From Schizosaccharomyces osmophilus (taxonomy: Eukaryota), in assembly GCF_027921745.1 (NCBI RefSeq), contig NC_079239.1, positions 1,364,001-1,428,000 of the forward strand: a DNA stretch of 64,000 bases. The letters run 5' to 3'. Below the pieces are notes generated by a model. It searched no databases and had not been told where the DNA came from. It was given only the letters and a program-made list of their open reading frames with translations. Made by a program: the position numbers and the translations under genes. Positions 11,050-23,553 of the stretch are shown piece after piece. Position 1 is the stretch's first letter, and every line of letters starts with the position of its first letter.

Positions 11050-12111
11050 CTCATAAATAGCGATGTTTAACCGAGGACGCTAAAAGAAATTGGTCAATCG
11101 ATGGAAAACCTAGTTGTTGCTAGGTTCTATTTACATTGAATCTCAAACGAAATTCTCGATTTAGTTACTAGCAAGTACTTCAATTTCAGCAAGCTACGAA
11201 TACTACAATTCGATCGGTAGGTATAATGGAACAGAAAGGAAAAACAATTTATTTACTAATTTTGGCTTGACAATAATAGCAAGGATTTCTTGGAAAAAGA
11301 ACGCTACCCAAATCCTTTCATCAGCATCGTTCTACATACTATCTCAAGTTCAAATCAATCAAAGCTTTGTGAAGACAATATTCCCTTTACTTCATAGACG
11401 AAAGAAATGAAAAATCACTATGATAGAGGGATAGATTCATATTTGCGAATCACCATTCACATATAGCAATGCAATAGCAAGAACAAAGCCAAAAACGAAT
11501 TGCAAATCGCATGGCTTCAACAAATTGATAAGGGCGAGGACAATAAAAATGATACCAATGCTATTATGTCAACCACATTTTATCGTAAATACAATCCTTA
11601 AAAAACCGGAAAGCAAGTGGAGCTACTCCCAAACAGGAACAAAATAGATAACAATCAAAACAGTTTGCGCAAGGTAGCTAGCTCGTCAGCTAAAACAAAC
11701 ACGTTTGCTTCACGATACTATAAAAAATATAAGAAAATTGTAGTGAATTTTCATCGAGCACCTGAGCTTTGACAGATAACGTATATAAAGCATCAGTATA
11801 TCGCAAAAATCTATATCGAATGAAAACGGTTAAGCCTGTGTTTGGATTTCAATTAAAAAGGTGCTCATAATAAACCAATAGGAACAAAACAAAAGTCCAA
11901 CAAGTAACTAATACTGATATAAAGATTTTTTTACCAATTTTAGTTTTTCAATTTTTTTGGTTTTTTTTTTCTTTCTGTATAAAACTAGCTCGAAAGAACA
12001 AGGAAAAACTGAACGTCTTTCAATTACTCAACCCACCAAGGGCAACAACGGGAAAAAAGTATAAAAAAGAGAAAATATAAAGCATCATGTGCTCTCAACC
12101 CGGTGACGGAT

Positions 12112-13575
12112 TTATGTCATAGCATAGCGGGTGTACATTGGAAAGTATCCCACTTGCGAATAGGGATAGTAATAATTGTAATCCGAGCAAGTACGATTTA
12201 CTGGCGATGAGTTCGTATTGAATTGATCAGGGCCTTGAGATTGATCATGATGATGATTGATGTTGCCATTATTGGAAGAAGTAAACAACGCATAGGAAGC
12301 ACTCCACCACTCCCAAGCCTTATGACCACGAGACCCGGGGTTTAAGTTCCAAGACATGCTTACAAGCCAGTCCTGTTCAAATTTGTTGAGTAGTTGGGTT
12401 CTAAAACCAGTAACTTGAGACCAGGATTGGTTGGTAAAAGTGTTGTCATCCAAATACTTGTTTGCCAAGATTAAAGCACTTGTAAGCAATGCACAAATTT
12501 GGAAGAAGGGAGTCTCCTTTGTCCACTGGTTAAGAAACTCGGAAGACTGGGAAGCAGCATCCAAGCGATCAGATATATAGGACAAGGCCAACAAGCAAGA
12601 GGCGCGAGGAAGACGGGTTGAAGTTAAGACTTGCAAAACGAACTTACGGAAAGAAAAGACTAAATTAGGTAAAGAAGTAGCCAGGGAATGCATTCTAGCA
12701 TTATTAAGGAATCTCGCGTAGAGCTTGCAAGTCATAATAGAAAGATATTCAACCATTTGATCCATCTTGTAATCCAAATTGGCAGAGACGCCGCCCGTAT
12801 TACTTAGGTCATCTTGGTCCATGGCATTGCTTCCAGCTTGGTATTGAGGAGAGATGCGTTGTCCTGCAGGAGGAGCAACATTGCAGACATTTGGGTCATA
12901 GCAGTTGCCCATGGTTGCAGGGACGTTCGCTGAAGCAGCGGGATTGCTAGCCTGAGGAGGAACAGAGGCATGGCAATTCATGGGACCGACATTTGGCAAA
13001 GAATCATAATAAGAGGTCCCACGGGATCCAGGGATTAAAGAGGAATATGAAACTTGACCAGAAGGGTTCAACATCATGGGGTTCCCGAGAGCAGGATTTT
13101 GGGCAGAAGGATGATAAGCCAAAGGATACTTCTCGGGAGCTAGATAACGTTGAGATTGACCTGCAGCAGGGACGGATTGTTGGTAAGAAGGCCAATAGTA
13201 ATTAGAAGGGGCGGTGGGAGCGGGAGGAGGAAAACGTTGTTGAAGGCGTTGTTGAGAAAGAAAAGGGGCAGCAGAAGAGCCAGAAACACCATTGTTTTGG
13301 TTAGAAGAAGTACGGATATGGTGGGAGTTTGAGGTAGAAGAAGGGATGGAAATGCCCGACTTACCTGGAAACGAATCGGGCACGGAAACGCCAGGCAAAA
13401 AGGACGGACGACGCTGGCCAAGTCCGTACATGGGAGTATGGCTCAACAGCGCAGCAACCGATGCAGCGGAGTTTGCATTGTTGCTAGACAAAACGGGGGC
13501 AAACATACCAAAGCCGGGGGCAGCCGCAGAAGGCGGGGCTTGCGGGCGATCAGTGTGCTGGTAAGAGAAAGCCAT
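12112..13575 (-). CDS. clg1: Clg1/Mug80 Pho85(Pef1)-type cyclin
   Basis: Cyclin box [15 protein letters not shown]...[24 protein letters not shown] after a low-complexity N-terminus. First ATG (MAFSYQ) at 13575. Confidence 0.9.
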   Translation of the reverse strand: MAFSYQHTDRPQAPPSAAAPGFGMFAPVLSSNNANSAASVAALLSHTPMYGLGQRRPSFLPGVSVPDSFPGKSGISIPSSTSNSHHIRTSSNQNNGVSGSSAAPFLSQQRLQQRFPPPAPTAPSNYYWPSYQQSVPAAGQSQRYLAPEKYPLAYHPSAQNPALGNPMMLNPSGQVSYSSLIPGSRGTSYYDSLPNVGPMNCHASVPPQASNPAASANVPATMGNCYDPNVCNVAPPAGQRISPQYQAGSNAMDQDDLSNTGGVSANLDYKMDQMVEYLSIMTCKLYARFLNNARMHSLATSLPNLVFSFRKFVLQVLTSTRLPRASCLLALSYISDRLDAASQSSEFLNQWTKETPFFQICALLTSALILANKYLDDNTFTNQSWSQVTGFRTQLLNKFEQDWLVSMSWNLNPGSRGHKAWEWWSASYALFTSSNNGNINHHHDQSQGPDQFNTNSSPVNRTCSDYNYYYPYSQVGYFPMYTRYAMT

Positions 13576-14110
13576 TTTCGAATCAAGAGTGTTTTCAAAG
13601 ATGAAAAAAAAAAGGGGACAATAGAAGAATAACAGCAAGGCAAAAAGCGCTTGAAGAAGAAGAAAAAAGAAAACAAAAGGATCTTGAAATTCGGAAACAA
13701 ATGGATGAAACACACTTCCACACACTATCTTTACAAATCCCGACTTAGAAATGCTTGTTCCGCTTGCAAATAAGACGAGGCTTAATAAAAAGCTCGACTG
13801 TAGCAAAAATCTACTTAAACAGAAGGAAAAATGAAGAAACCTTCCAAGAAAAGAGTTTTTGAGTTGTTGGTTGTGCGCAGGAAAAAAAGGCGCGTACCAG
13901 CAATGGAATATGAAAATCGAATATTTCGAATAAAAAAATCCGAAAAACTAAGAGATTACAAATAACGCAAGGCAGCGAGTGTGAGAGTTTGCTGAGGACG
14001 CGATCCTAGAAGAGAAGTTCGCTTGTGAATTAGAGTGAAAAGAAGCGAAGAAGGAGGATGTTTTGTCAGAGGAAAGCAAGGAAAACAAATGGACAGAGAG
14101 AGAAAAAGAG

Positions 14111-14114
<4 letters not shown>

Positions 14115-14142
<28 letters not shown>
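14115..14142. repeat. (AG)14 microsatellite in the purine-rich clg1 upstream region
   Basis: Read directly. Confidence 0.9.
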
Positions 14143-14145
<3 letters not shown>

Positions 14146-14825
14146 CAAACAGAATTCCTTGTTTTGAGAGGTGCTGAAAAGAAAAGCACAGCACAGCACG
14201 GCACAGAGAGACAAGCAAAAAAGGGTAGAGCAAGTGTCAAAAGAAAGAGTACCAAAGTAGTAGAGAGGAATACAAAAGAAAAGATAGCAGAGAAAACAAG
14301 TAGATGAGGGAAAAAGGCGAGCAAGCAAAATTGTAAAAGTGCTCAGAATGGATGAAACGAGTTCAATGGATGAAACCGCTGCATAGAGTCCTGTGAGGAC
14401 GGAAGCAGAAAAAAAAAGAGGTGGGAACAATCCCAAAAATCCACAAAAGCGACCTAAAAAAAGGCGATTGGGTACAAGTTGGAGCCAGGAGGAAGAAGGC
14501 TATTGCTGCATTGTTTTTGCTTGGGTTGGAAATGTAAATAAACAACAGCATCATCGAAGGGACTCGCTCGAGGAGATAGCAAGGCGGTGCATACTGCGGT
14601 ACCTATCAGTGGAGTGCAGTCGGAGCAGCAACACGGAGAACAGCAACACGAAAGAGAGTAGAATGATAAGAGTGAAAATGAAACAATAAAGAATCAACGA
14701 TGAAAACACTTTGGGAAAACATGTCGATAAAAAAGTCAATAAAACGTCGACGATTCCTTGTCAATTCCACAAACAACTGCTCCTCTACTCCCTCTTCCGT
14801 CTACACTCCACTCCATTCACCTCCG

Positions 14826-14853
14826 CTCAGAACTCAGAACTCAGAACTCAGAA
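14826..14853. repeat. (CTCAGAA)4 tandem heptamer
   Basis: Four perfect copies read directly. Confidence 0.9.
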
Positions 14854-15002
14854 CTTGAGCCTTGTGCCTTGTGCTCGCTCCTACCGCTCGCTTCTACCGA
14901 GGTCTGTTTATCTCGGCGCTTCCATTCGTTTAGGGTTGCCTGTCACGAACACCCGAGCAAACCAAAGTTCAAGACTCCTCCTTTCATCATTCCTTCAGCC
15001 TG

Positions 15003-15009
15003 ATGACGT
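15003..15009 (+). promoter_or_regulatory. CRE/M26 heptamer ATGACGT (Atf1-Pcr1 site) in the clg1-scr1 divergent promoter
   Basis: Exact match within TGATGACGTATCA. Confidence 0.55.
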
Positions 15010-15608
15010 ATCATGATTCCCCCCGACATCGGCAATTGTGGCTAAGACTCTCGCGATGCAGTCGAGCACTGTAAACGGAATTGCAAACTCGAGCATTGTG
15101 CGTAATTTGTTGGTGAGCCAAGAGAGAGGAGAGATGAGAGAGGAGACAAGTGCTGGGTTGAAGGCTGCAAGTGAAAAGTTAAAGGTTGAAAAAAGGTCAC
15201 TTGAATAGACACAATAGATACGAATGCTATGACATGAATCTAATAGATATTCTCATTCTGTTTGTTATTCAATCACACACCTTTTTACTATTTGAAATCC
15301 TCACTCTTCCCCATCGGCATCCATCCTCCTTGAACCACACCCTTCTTCCATCTATAACTAACTACCTTCCTTCCACCTGGGTATGATTACCGTACTGACT
15401 AGGCACCTTCTTATTTCCTTTATCACCGCTCACTCTATCCCACCCTATCCTTCCTTGTCCTCTTTTGCTCTATGGGATTTTGCTAAGGAATCGCCACTCA
15501 AAAAGACCCATCGTTCTGCCTAAAGCCTAATTGCTTCTCCGCTTTTACCCACTTTTGTTTCTTATCCATTTAGGTGTCCCCAAGTATCTACGTAGCCTAA
15601 TTCTCTCA

Positions 15609-15615
15609 TATAAAA
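15609..15615 (+). promoter_or_regulatory. Putative TATA box for scr1
   Basis: TATAAAA just before the start of a pyrimidine-rich, nearly ATG-free 1-kb leader. Confidence 0.45.
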
Positions 15616-16618
15616 GAGAATCGTTTCCCCGACGACTCTTTTTTTCCAAACATTTACAACATTGGGCTTACAAACAGTTTACGGATGAGAATCCTCACAA
15701 GAAGGAATTTTTTTCGCTAAGCATCTTGTTCAAGGATTATCTTTTTTTGTTTCCTTCTTCTTTCTGTTTCTCGTCGTGCTATTCGAGTTTTTTGACACAG
15801 TAGTGTGGTCTGGTCGTTCTTTCTACTGCTACTTGTACTGCTACTTCTATTCATACTCCTACTACGACTACTACTACCACCACTACCCAGTGGAAAATTT
15901 TTGTAAACAAGACAAGACAAGACGAAGCATAAACGTATCGACATCTTCTTTGTCTTGATTTCTTATTTCTTTTTTTCTTTTTTTTTTCTCTATTCTTTTT
16001 CTAATTCTACACGTATAGTGGGAAACGCTTTAGATTCTTTTCGTCGGTTCGATTTGTTTTGTCGCGTGTGCTTGCTGTATTCTACTCACTTCCGCAAAAC
16101 GTTTTTCAATTCTCTTTATTTTTCTTTTACGTGTCGGCGTCGTTGGTATTTTTTTTTTTCTCGCGTATTGATTTCCTTTTGACAAGCCACCTATAGCTCT
16201 TTTCATCGGATTCTTCTTCTTTTTTTTTTTTTTTTTTTTGCTTGTCGTTTGCTTGTCGTACGTTTTCACCTTTTTTATTCCTATTTTGTTGGTTCTTTAT
16301 TATTTAATCCATCTCCATCTCCATCGTTTCCTTTTGGTGTTCTTTTTCTCTCTTCCCTTTTTCGTTATTATTATATTTCTATTTTTGACCTTTTTCTTCT
16401 TTCTATAGACGTTTTCTTAAATCCTTTTCTCCGTCTTCTCTTTGCGCTGCATCTTGTTTGATTCGTATCAACGTTCCAATTGTGCTTGCTTTTCTATCCT
16501 TTGGTTCGCTTTTCTTCCTGCTCTTACCTCTTTCCTCATTCGTTAATTTATTAACTGGTTCCGTGTCTTTATTTTTTTGTTGTAATTTTCCTTTTCTACG
16601 TCGATTTCAATTCTTATC

Positions 16619-18424
16619 ATGCCCAATTTTTCCGCCGATACTACCATTGAGTCGACCAGCGTTCCTACATCGTCGTCTTCCCCCAATTCTCATCCAGTCT
16701 CTTCCAACACCAACTTCAACAAGGCTGCCCGCACAAATGTGAAAAACCCTGACGCTCCTCGCCCTTACAAATGCCCTCTTTGCTCGAAAGCTTTTTATCG
16801 CTTGGAACATCAAACCCGTCACATTCGTACCCACACTGGTGAAAAACCTCATGCCTGCACTTTCCCCGGCTGTTTAAAGCGCTTTTCTAGAAGCGACGAA
16901 TTGACCCGCCATGCTCGCATTCACACCAATGGAAGCTCCCGCAGAAATAATGTATTGGCCAATTCCGCAAATGCAAAGGCTTTCGAACCTGCTTCCTCCT
17001 TCCATCACCCCCATGATCCTTCTTCCACCACTCCTTATAATTCTTCCAACAATCTCCCCGGTGTACCTTTATCCAACGCCCAAACTTATAATCCTTCAAT
17101 TCCTCACGTTGGTGTTACTTATGCTTCTGTCAACAATCCCGTCCCCACCGTCCCCGTCGCTTTCCCTTATCCCTTCCCTGTTTCTTCTTCCGCTTCTACT
17201 CAACCTCAACAAGCCTTCGTTCCCACGTACAATACTACCCACCAGCCAGTTGGCGCTCCTGTTTATAGTCAGCTTCAGCCTTCTGCTTTTGATTCCCTTC
17301 GAGCCAATTGTCCCAACGCTCCTGCGCCCCCCTCGGCGCTTCCAGGTTACCCTCAAAAATCAGAGTCCGACACAAATTTGTCCTCTATGAACGAAATGTA
17401 CTTGTTGGCTTCTGCCGCCGCGAATCAACTCGATTTGGCTGCTGCTCCACCATCAAATGCTGTGCATAGTACGTCTCCCAAGCAACAGATATCAGATCCT
17501 TCCTCAGCCTCCTTGCCACCGCTATCCAGCCTCACTTCTCCCAGCAAAGTTTCAAATTCAAATCCTCCGGGAAATCCGCCTCCATCTTCTTCCGAGTCGT
17601 CTCCAAATCACACCGGTCTTCCCGTGAACCGGTCTTTTGCAAATGGTTTTCCGTCGAAGCAACACAATGCTTCCTTCTATTCCGGAGCTTCTTCGCACAC
17701 ACCCTATTTACCGCCCAGGTCGAGCAGCAGCACTTCCCTACATTCAATGTATAGTTTTGTGCCTAGTACACATGCTCCTCCTTCCCTGAGATACGCCCAT
17801 TATAATCATGCCCCTTATTCTCGTCCAGGTGTTTATGGAAATGGAGAAGAAGAACCCTTCAGCGGCTCTGATTTCGCTTATTCTCGTTATCAACGCCGCT
17901 CAAGACCCGGTTCTCCGTGTAGCACTGCTCCAAGTAGTCCTACGTTTTCAATCAGAAGCTTTAGCCCTACCCCCGATGTAACCCCTATAATGACTCCTGC
18001 TCATTCTCCAAAATTGAGACCGACAGACTCCGAGGCCTCTTTTGTTCAGTTACCTTCTATCCGATCTCTTTCTCTTCGTCCTTCCCAACCTCCCGTAATT
18101 CCTCCTTTGGAGTGTGATCCAAATTCCCTGTCTTCCTCGACTCCTTCTTCGGCCGCTGTATCTCGGACCCCGTCTTCTGTTTCTTTGAGTGGCATGTCGA
18201 GCGCGAGTACAGGCGCGAAACCATCCAATGCTTCGAATGTTGGACCCGTGCGCATTTCTTCGAATCGTCGAATACGCAAAATTTCGTCCTCCTCCCGTTT
18301 GAGTGTAAATAATTTGCTGTCTGCTTCTCCGCCATCACCCGCGTCTGCTTCTTCTGCTAAATCATCCTATACTATGCCACCCGCATTTTCTATAGGACCA
18401 TTAACGCCTCTTACAAAGCAGTAG
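16619..18424 (+). CDS. scr1: C2H2 glucose-repression factor Scr1 (Mig1/CreA family)
   Basis: [34 protein letters not shown]...[15 protein letters not shown]; CreA-like [11 protein letters not shown] and LPSIRSLSL. Confidence 0.96.
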   Translation: MPNFSADTTIESTSVPTSSSSPNSHPVSSNTNFNKAARTNVKNPDAPRPYKCPLCSKAFYRLEHQTRHIRTHTGEKPHACTFPGCLKRFSRSDELTRHARIHTNGSSRRNNVLANSANAKAFEPASSFHHPHDPSSTTPYNSSNNLPGVPLSNAQTYNPSIPHVGVTYASVNNPVPTVPVAFPYPFPVSSSASTQPQQAFVPTYNTTHQPVGAPVYSQLQPSAFDSLRANCPNAPAPPSALPGYPQKSESDTNLSSMNEMYLLASAAANQLDLAAAPPSNAVHSTSPKQQISDPSSASLPPLSSLTSPSKVSNSNPPGNPPPSSSESSPNHTGLPVNRSFANGFPSKQHNASFYSGASSHTPYLPPRSSSSTSLHSMYSFVPSTHAPPSLRYAHYNHAPYSRPGVYGNGEEEPFSGSDFAYSRYQRRSRPGSPCSTAPSSPTFSIRSFSPTPDVTPIMTPAHSPKLRPTDSEASFVQLPSIRSLSLRPSQPPVIPPLECDPNSLSSSTPSSAAVSRTPSSVSLSGMSSASTGAKPSNASNVGPVRISSNRRIRKISSSSRLSVNNLLSASPPSPASASSAKSSYTMPPAFSIGPLTPLTKQ

Positions 18425-19150
18425 AGATCCTATAATGTCAATACTCGCTATGAAAATCAAAGATACCGGGAAATTGTTATCTACAGTTTTGTGTTTTTAT
18501 TATCTTTTATACTTTATTTTTGTGCTTTTATTTTTATATGTATTTACATGTCTATAATGAACAGGGTGTTTGTCGATTTTAATCTGACTGTCAGCAGGGT
18601 GTTTATTCCTTTGGTATTTGTAGCCGTAGCGTTGATTATAATTTCTTTAATTTGAAATGCTTATGGTACGATGTCACTCTTAACTCCATATGTTTTCATA
18701 ATGTATATTTCTTTAATATAAGTTTTCATTTACATGAATATTTACAAACTCTAAAACAATATTTTTCGTCTAAAACAAATGTTAGCGTTTAAGAAAAAGA
18801 AGGAAGAAAAGCAAGAGAAGCCGATCTAAATTCTCAGACTGACGTGCAAATCAGTGAATTATGTATCAGCATAGTAAGCTCAGCGTGAACTATGCATATT
18901 CGATTCATCAAAGAATTTTTTCGCAAAAGGGAAGTAAAAAACCAGCTTCTGTTTGCAAAACTTTAAAACGACATACCTGTTCATAAAGTAATTAGAGCTA
19001 TTCAAATCAATTTTGAACACTTGTATAGGAATGAAAGAAACAGTCACAACGTTTGTTTTGGCATGACGCGCAAGACGCGACGCGAAAGTAATTTATGAAG
19101 GAAACGAGAATCCAAGAGCGCAAACAATAGAATAAAGTCGGACACGCTTA

Positions 19151-19641
19151 TTAAATGACAGATTCTTTCATTTTTTGAAGATGAGAATTGGCATTCACTG
19201 CAGTAGTTTCGTGGTAGTCTTTTTTCTTTCGTAAAGAGTCAATGTCTCCAAGTAAGCTGCTAATTTCTTCGTCTATGGTTTTGCGAACTGAGTCTAAATC
19301 TGTACGAATAAACCTGTAGCAAGATAATTAGTATTAATAGAACAAGCAAAATAAGTAAAGAGCCTGTTGGTCTTTGTGATATCTGTCAACAAAAACAGGG
19401 AGAACATACATTTTTCCAACACCACCATAGACAGCAGCATCTTTTCCGACGACATTTAATTCTTTCTTTGCCAGTTCCTTAATTCTTAAAGAGCGTTCTT
19501 TCGCCGTTACTTGCATCAAAATCGATCGCAATTGTTTTTGCGAGTCCACGGCCTTCTCTTGAATCTGAGCTGCCAGCTTGTGTGTTTTGTTAGCAACAAA
19601 AACTATTCTTTAATTTACGAGAGTTTTCTTACCTGTTCCAT
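19151..19641 (-). CDS. pfd1: Prefoldin subunit 1; exons 19641-19633, 19576-19410, 19313-19151
   Basis: Spliced product MEQLAAQIQEKAVDSQKQLR...VYGGVGKMFIRTD...YHETTA. The exon 2 acceptor (AAG or a downstream CAG) is slightly uncertain. Confidence 0.88.
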
Positions 19642-20295
19642 TGTCGAAAACGATATAATTTGAAGATTTATTCACAAAAACAAAAAAGTGAAAATTGGCG
19701 TCTTTGGACCGGTGAAGAATCAGGAATAAACAAAAAGAAATCAAATAAAAACGTTAAAACAATCCCAAATGCTCCTTTATGGTTTGTTTCTTGTAGAAGG
19801 AACTAGCAGGGAAACAACCTATACTTGTCAGTAACTGGTAGTTTAGGGAGCTTGTGGTACATTTCCATATTCATTATAAAGACAAAGCGCAGCGCAAAGA
19901 TGGATTTATACATAAGAGAGGAAGGAAAACTTGGCTTCTGCATATTCAGGCAAAAAGTAAAAATAAATTGAAAGTATTTTAATTGAAGGAAAAAAATAAA
20001 TTGTACAATTGGATCGATAATCTGAAAGAAATCTTGCCGTCAACCTAATTATTGCTCAAATATCAATATACATTTTTGAAGTTTCTAAATTTGCGTTTTC
20101 TCCTATTATACCCAGGTGTTTTAGCTTTTTCTTTCTTTCATAACACATTCAAAAAGGGTTTTTCTCGTCCCATCATCCTTGGAACCACAACTTTGGTTTC
20201 CCGTACTACATTCGAGTAAAGTAGGTTACCTTGATTTTTACAAACAACCTCCTTCTCCTAGGTTTTTAAAGGCTTTTCGTATTCTTTGCCCAAGT

Positions 20296-20775
20296 ATGAG
20301 TGGACAAACGAGCATCCATTTGCCCGAACCTTCCGCAATTCAAAAGGCCGTTCCTGTTGAGGAATTCTTGCAAATCAAAGAACAGTATGACTCAGAACAT
20401 CCTTTGATAACATTACAAACCAAATTTAACTTAGCATGGGCTCTCGTTTGCTCGGAAAATCTTCAGCAGGTTCAACAAGGTCTTACTTTGTTCTGCACTG
20501 TCTACAGAGACTTCCCTGAGCGTCGCCTGGAGGCTTTATACTACATTGCACTAACACAGTATAAGATAAAGCAATACGAAGAATCTCGTCGGTACCTGAA
20601 CATGCTTCTTGCCAAGGATCCTTCAAACTCCCAAGCGTTGAAGCTGAAGTCTTTGTTGTATAATGCCGTCACAACAGAAGGATACATTGGGATGGCCGTT
20701 GTAGCAGGTGCAGTTGTTTCAGCTGCCGCATTGGTTGGTTGGGCTTCCAAGCGTATATTTTCCAGACGACGATAG
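20296..20775 (+). CDS. fis1: Mitochondrial fission protein Fis1 (TPR, tail-anchored)
   Basis: QTKFNLAWALV, RRLEALYYIAL, EGYIGMAVVAG transmembrane segment with basic tail. ATG at 20296. Confidence 0.94.
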   Translation: MSGQTSIHLPEPSAIQKAVPVEEFLQIKEQYDSEHPLITLQTKFNLAWALVCSENLQQVQQGLTLFCTVYRDFPERRLEALYYIALTQYKIKQYEESRRYLNMLLAKDPSNSQALKLKSLLYNAVTTEGYIGMAVVAGAVVSAAALVGWASKRIFSRRR

Positions 20776-21093
20776 TGCTTACGAATTGCGTATCAACGCT
20801 TATGATTCCTTTTTCTGTTCTTTTAATGAATCCCTACCTCTCTGTCACTAAAATAATATCCGTATAGTCAAGTTTGTGTTGGTGCAAATTTTTTTCTCAT
20901 ATACGACTTTTTTTCCCAAGTTATGGATGAAACAAATTAGAAGTTTTTTAATAAGTTGATATAAAGCTTCCAACTTAACAAAACGCTAAACTTACATCCC
21001 TGAATCGTATACATAAAATCTTTATCAATGAAAACGTGTAAGCAATCGTCTAATTTCTTTACAAAGGAAAACAGAAATCCACGTATGAAAGCG

Positions 21094-22325
21094 CTAGCGT
21101 CCTCGTAGTGTGTCTTCTATGAACTTTATATCTCTGTTCTTTCCCTCTAACTGTTGTTGTAAAATAACAATGTGTTGCTCCAATTTCTCCAAATTGCGCT
21201 CAACCATTGAATAGTCGGGACGAAAACCTCCAGCCTTGAGGTTGGTAAGCACTCCTTGCTTATAGTCTAAAAGTTTTAACAAATCTCTTCTTACAAGATC
21301 AGAACGGCCTTTGGCAAGGCTGCTCTCATCCACCTCTCTCTGTAAAGATTCAATTCTATTGTCTAAAGTAGATAGTTCGTTCCGTAGCCCAACGATTTCC
21401 CAGTCAGAGTCTCGTACGTCTTTTGGAGCCTCCATATCACTTCTAGGACACTGGGTAGTCGACGGAGAACTTACGGTCTGTGATTCTCGCATAGTATGTG
21501 AAGGATCATTAGCATGGAGATTGTAGTCTATATTTCCTTTCTTAAAACTTGCCCGAAGACCAAAAGGAACTTCATTGGGGATTCGAAACCCTTGGGAACG
21601 CTGAGTGAGAAGGTGTAAGAATACGAGACATTGATCTTTGTCAATGGTTTCAGATTTTTGAGGATTTACCATGTCCCATGCTTTCTGAATTTGTGAGCGA
21701 GGAATTCCCAAATGATCGTAAACGGGAGCAAAAGCATTGTACAAAACGGCGCCATACTTGTCACAGTGTGAGCTATATACATCGGAATAGCGCATTCGAT
21801 CAGAAGGCGCCATATACCAGTCGAATCCGTCTTTCAAGATACTGTCTTCTGGATCTTCTGAATCTTCTGAACCAATTTGTGCATCGCCGCTTCCTTTGAG
21901 GGCTTCACGAGCAGCCACTAAATGCTGCTTGGAAGGAGGAACCAGCTCTTCTGGAATATTTGAGGGAACATCCTTATATATCTAGCACTGTTAGCAACAT
22001 CAATCGCTTCGTTTTATGAAATGTACCCCGTTGATAATGTTAAAGATAATCTTCATAGCAATGCAAAATTCATCAAAGTCTAATTGTCCATCATCATCAA
22101 TATCTTAAATAAAATAAACCGTTAGCCCTTTGTGTTGTAAATGTTTGTGAAGTGCAATTCACCTAAGCAATACCTACCGACCAGATCCCAAAGCTTTGCT
22201 AGCTTTTCATTGTCAAGCCGACTACTTCGAAGGACGCCGTAAGCCTTTTCTCCTGAAACATAACCGCCTTCTGGACGTAGGCTGCGGAATATTTCCCAAA
22301 ACTTATTCTTTTCCTTAGGATCCAT
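21094..22325 (-). CDS. end3: EH-domain endocytic protein End3; exons 22325-22178, 22103-22027, 21981-21094
   Basis: EH domain (LWDLVDIDDDGQLDFDEFCIAM), second EH-like domain, coiled coil; canonical introns. Confidence 0.93.
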
Positions 22326-22597
22326 CTATAAGAGTAGAATTTCACTTCAGTAAAAATGGTAGAATAATACTTCAACTGATTTTCTTTGAAAAATAAAGTA
22401 AAAGGAATTTGATTTAACTTCACGGTTTTGTTTACTTTCGGGTTCTCCGTGGCAGTACCGATGCGGTCGGTCCTTCCGAGGTTATGGGTAAGGGTGGGGC
22501 AGGTAGCCTTTTTACGAAAAAGAAAGAAGTGTAAAATTCATGGGTGCGAAAAGTTTCACCTCTGCCAATACCAGCTTATTTGGACGAATACCAGAAA

Positions 22598-23553
22598 ATG
22601 CCCAGATCACGGAGGTCAAAGGTCGTTACCCTTTCACAGACCGAAAAAAAAGGTCATGAAGGCAAAGCAATGCTGTATGGTGGCATTCAAGAATCTTTAG
22701 ACAAGTTTGAATATGTAAGTAAACACCAAGGATCAAAGACGAACGAGAATGAAAATTTATCTAGTCTGTTTTCATGGGACCTTAAATGACTATAATTAGC
22801 AAAAGGAAGTGTGTGGAAGGAAAAATAGGTCGTCGCAATATAAAAAAAAATTATATTTGCAGAAGTTCCTCAGAAACAGCGCTTTTGAGTCTTTGTATCA
22901 TGAAGAGAAGAACTGATGCTAACTTTCATTAGATGTGGGTATTCGATGTCGCTAATATGCGTAACACTTACTTGAAGCGTGTCCGCGATGACTGGAAGGA
23001 TAGCCGTATATATATGGGTAAAACAAAGGTTATGGGAAAAGCATTGGGATACACTGCTGAAGAGGAACATGCTGAGAATGTTAGCCAGCTTTCTAAACTC
23101 CTTCACGGAACCGTCGGTTTGCTCTTCACCAATAACAAACCTGAAGATGTAACTGGTTATTTTGAGTCCTTTGTCCAAAATGATTTCGCTCGTGCTGGTA
23201 CAGTTGCTCCTTTCACTCATGTCATTCCTGCTGGCCCTGTATACTCTAGAGGTGGACAAATCCCAGTAGAAGACGATATCCCTTTGGCTCATACCTTGGA
23301 GCCCCAAGTACGTCAAATGGGTATGCCTACTATATTGAAAAATGGTGTCGTTACTTTGCTTGCCGATTTCACCCTTTGCACAGAAGGACAAGAGCTTGAT
23401 AGCCGTCAAACCCGTCTATTGAAGTTGTTTGGTATCACAGCCGCTGAGTTTAAGGTCAAATTATTGGGTATGTATGCTAAGAAGAACGCTTCTGTACAAG
23501 TATTTGAAAACGAACAAGGTTCTGGTAATAGCAAAGACATGGACATGCAATAA
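22598..23553 (+). CDS. mrt4: Ribosome assembly factor Mrt4 (uL10/P0 paralog); exons 22598-22714, 22933-23553
   Basis: MPRSRRSKVVTLSQTEKKG, NMRNTYLK, GKTKVMGKALG, DFARAG, QTRLLKLFG. Confidence 0.95.

Noticed and set aside
10962..11054. Longer N-termini in the ORF track (mlo3; also TTG/GTG starts for mrpl7, fis1, ppr2 and WDR44)
   Set aside because: The extensions run into promoter motifs or use non-ATG starts; downstream ATGs fit the known protein N-termini or sizes better (WDR44 start remains uncertain).
14826..14853. Tandem repeats considered as CRISPR-like or telomere-like
   Set aside because: Simple microsatellite without spacers in a eukaryotic context; unlike fission-yeast telomeric repeats.
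13948..16742. Many Phe/Leu/Ser-rich or Lys/Arg/Glu-rich ORFs between clg1 and scr1
   Set aside because: By-products of pyrimidine/purine-skewed leaders and microsatellites that lack stop codons.
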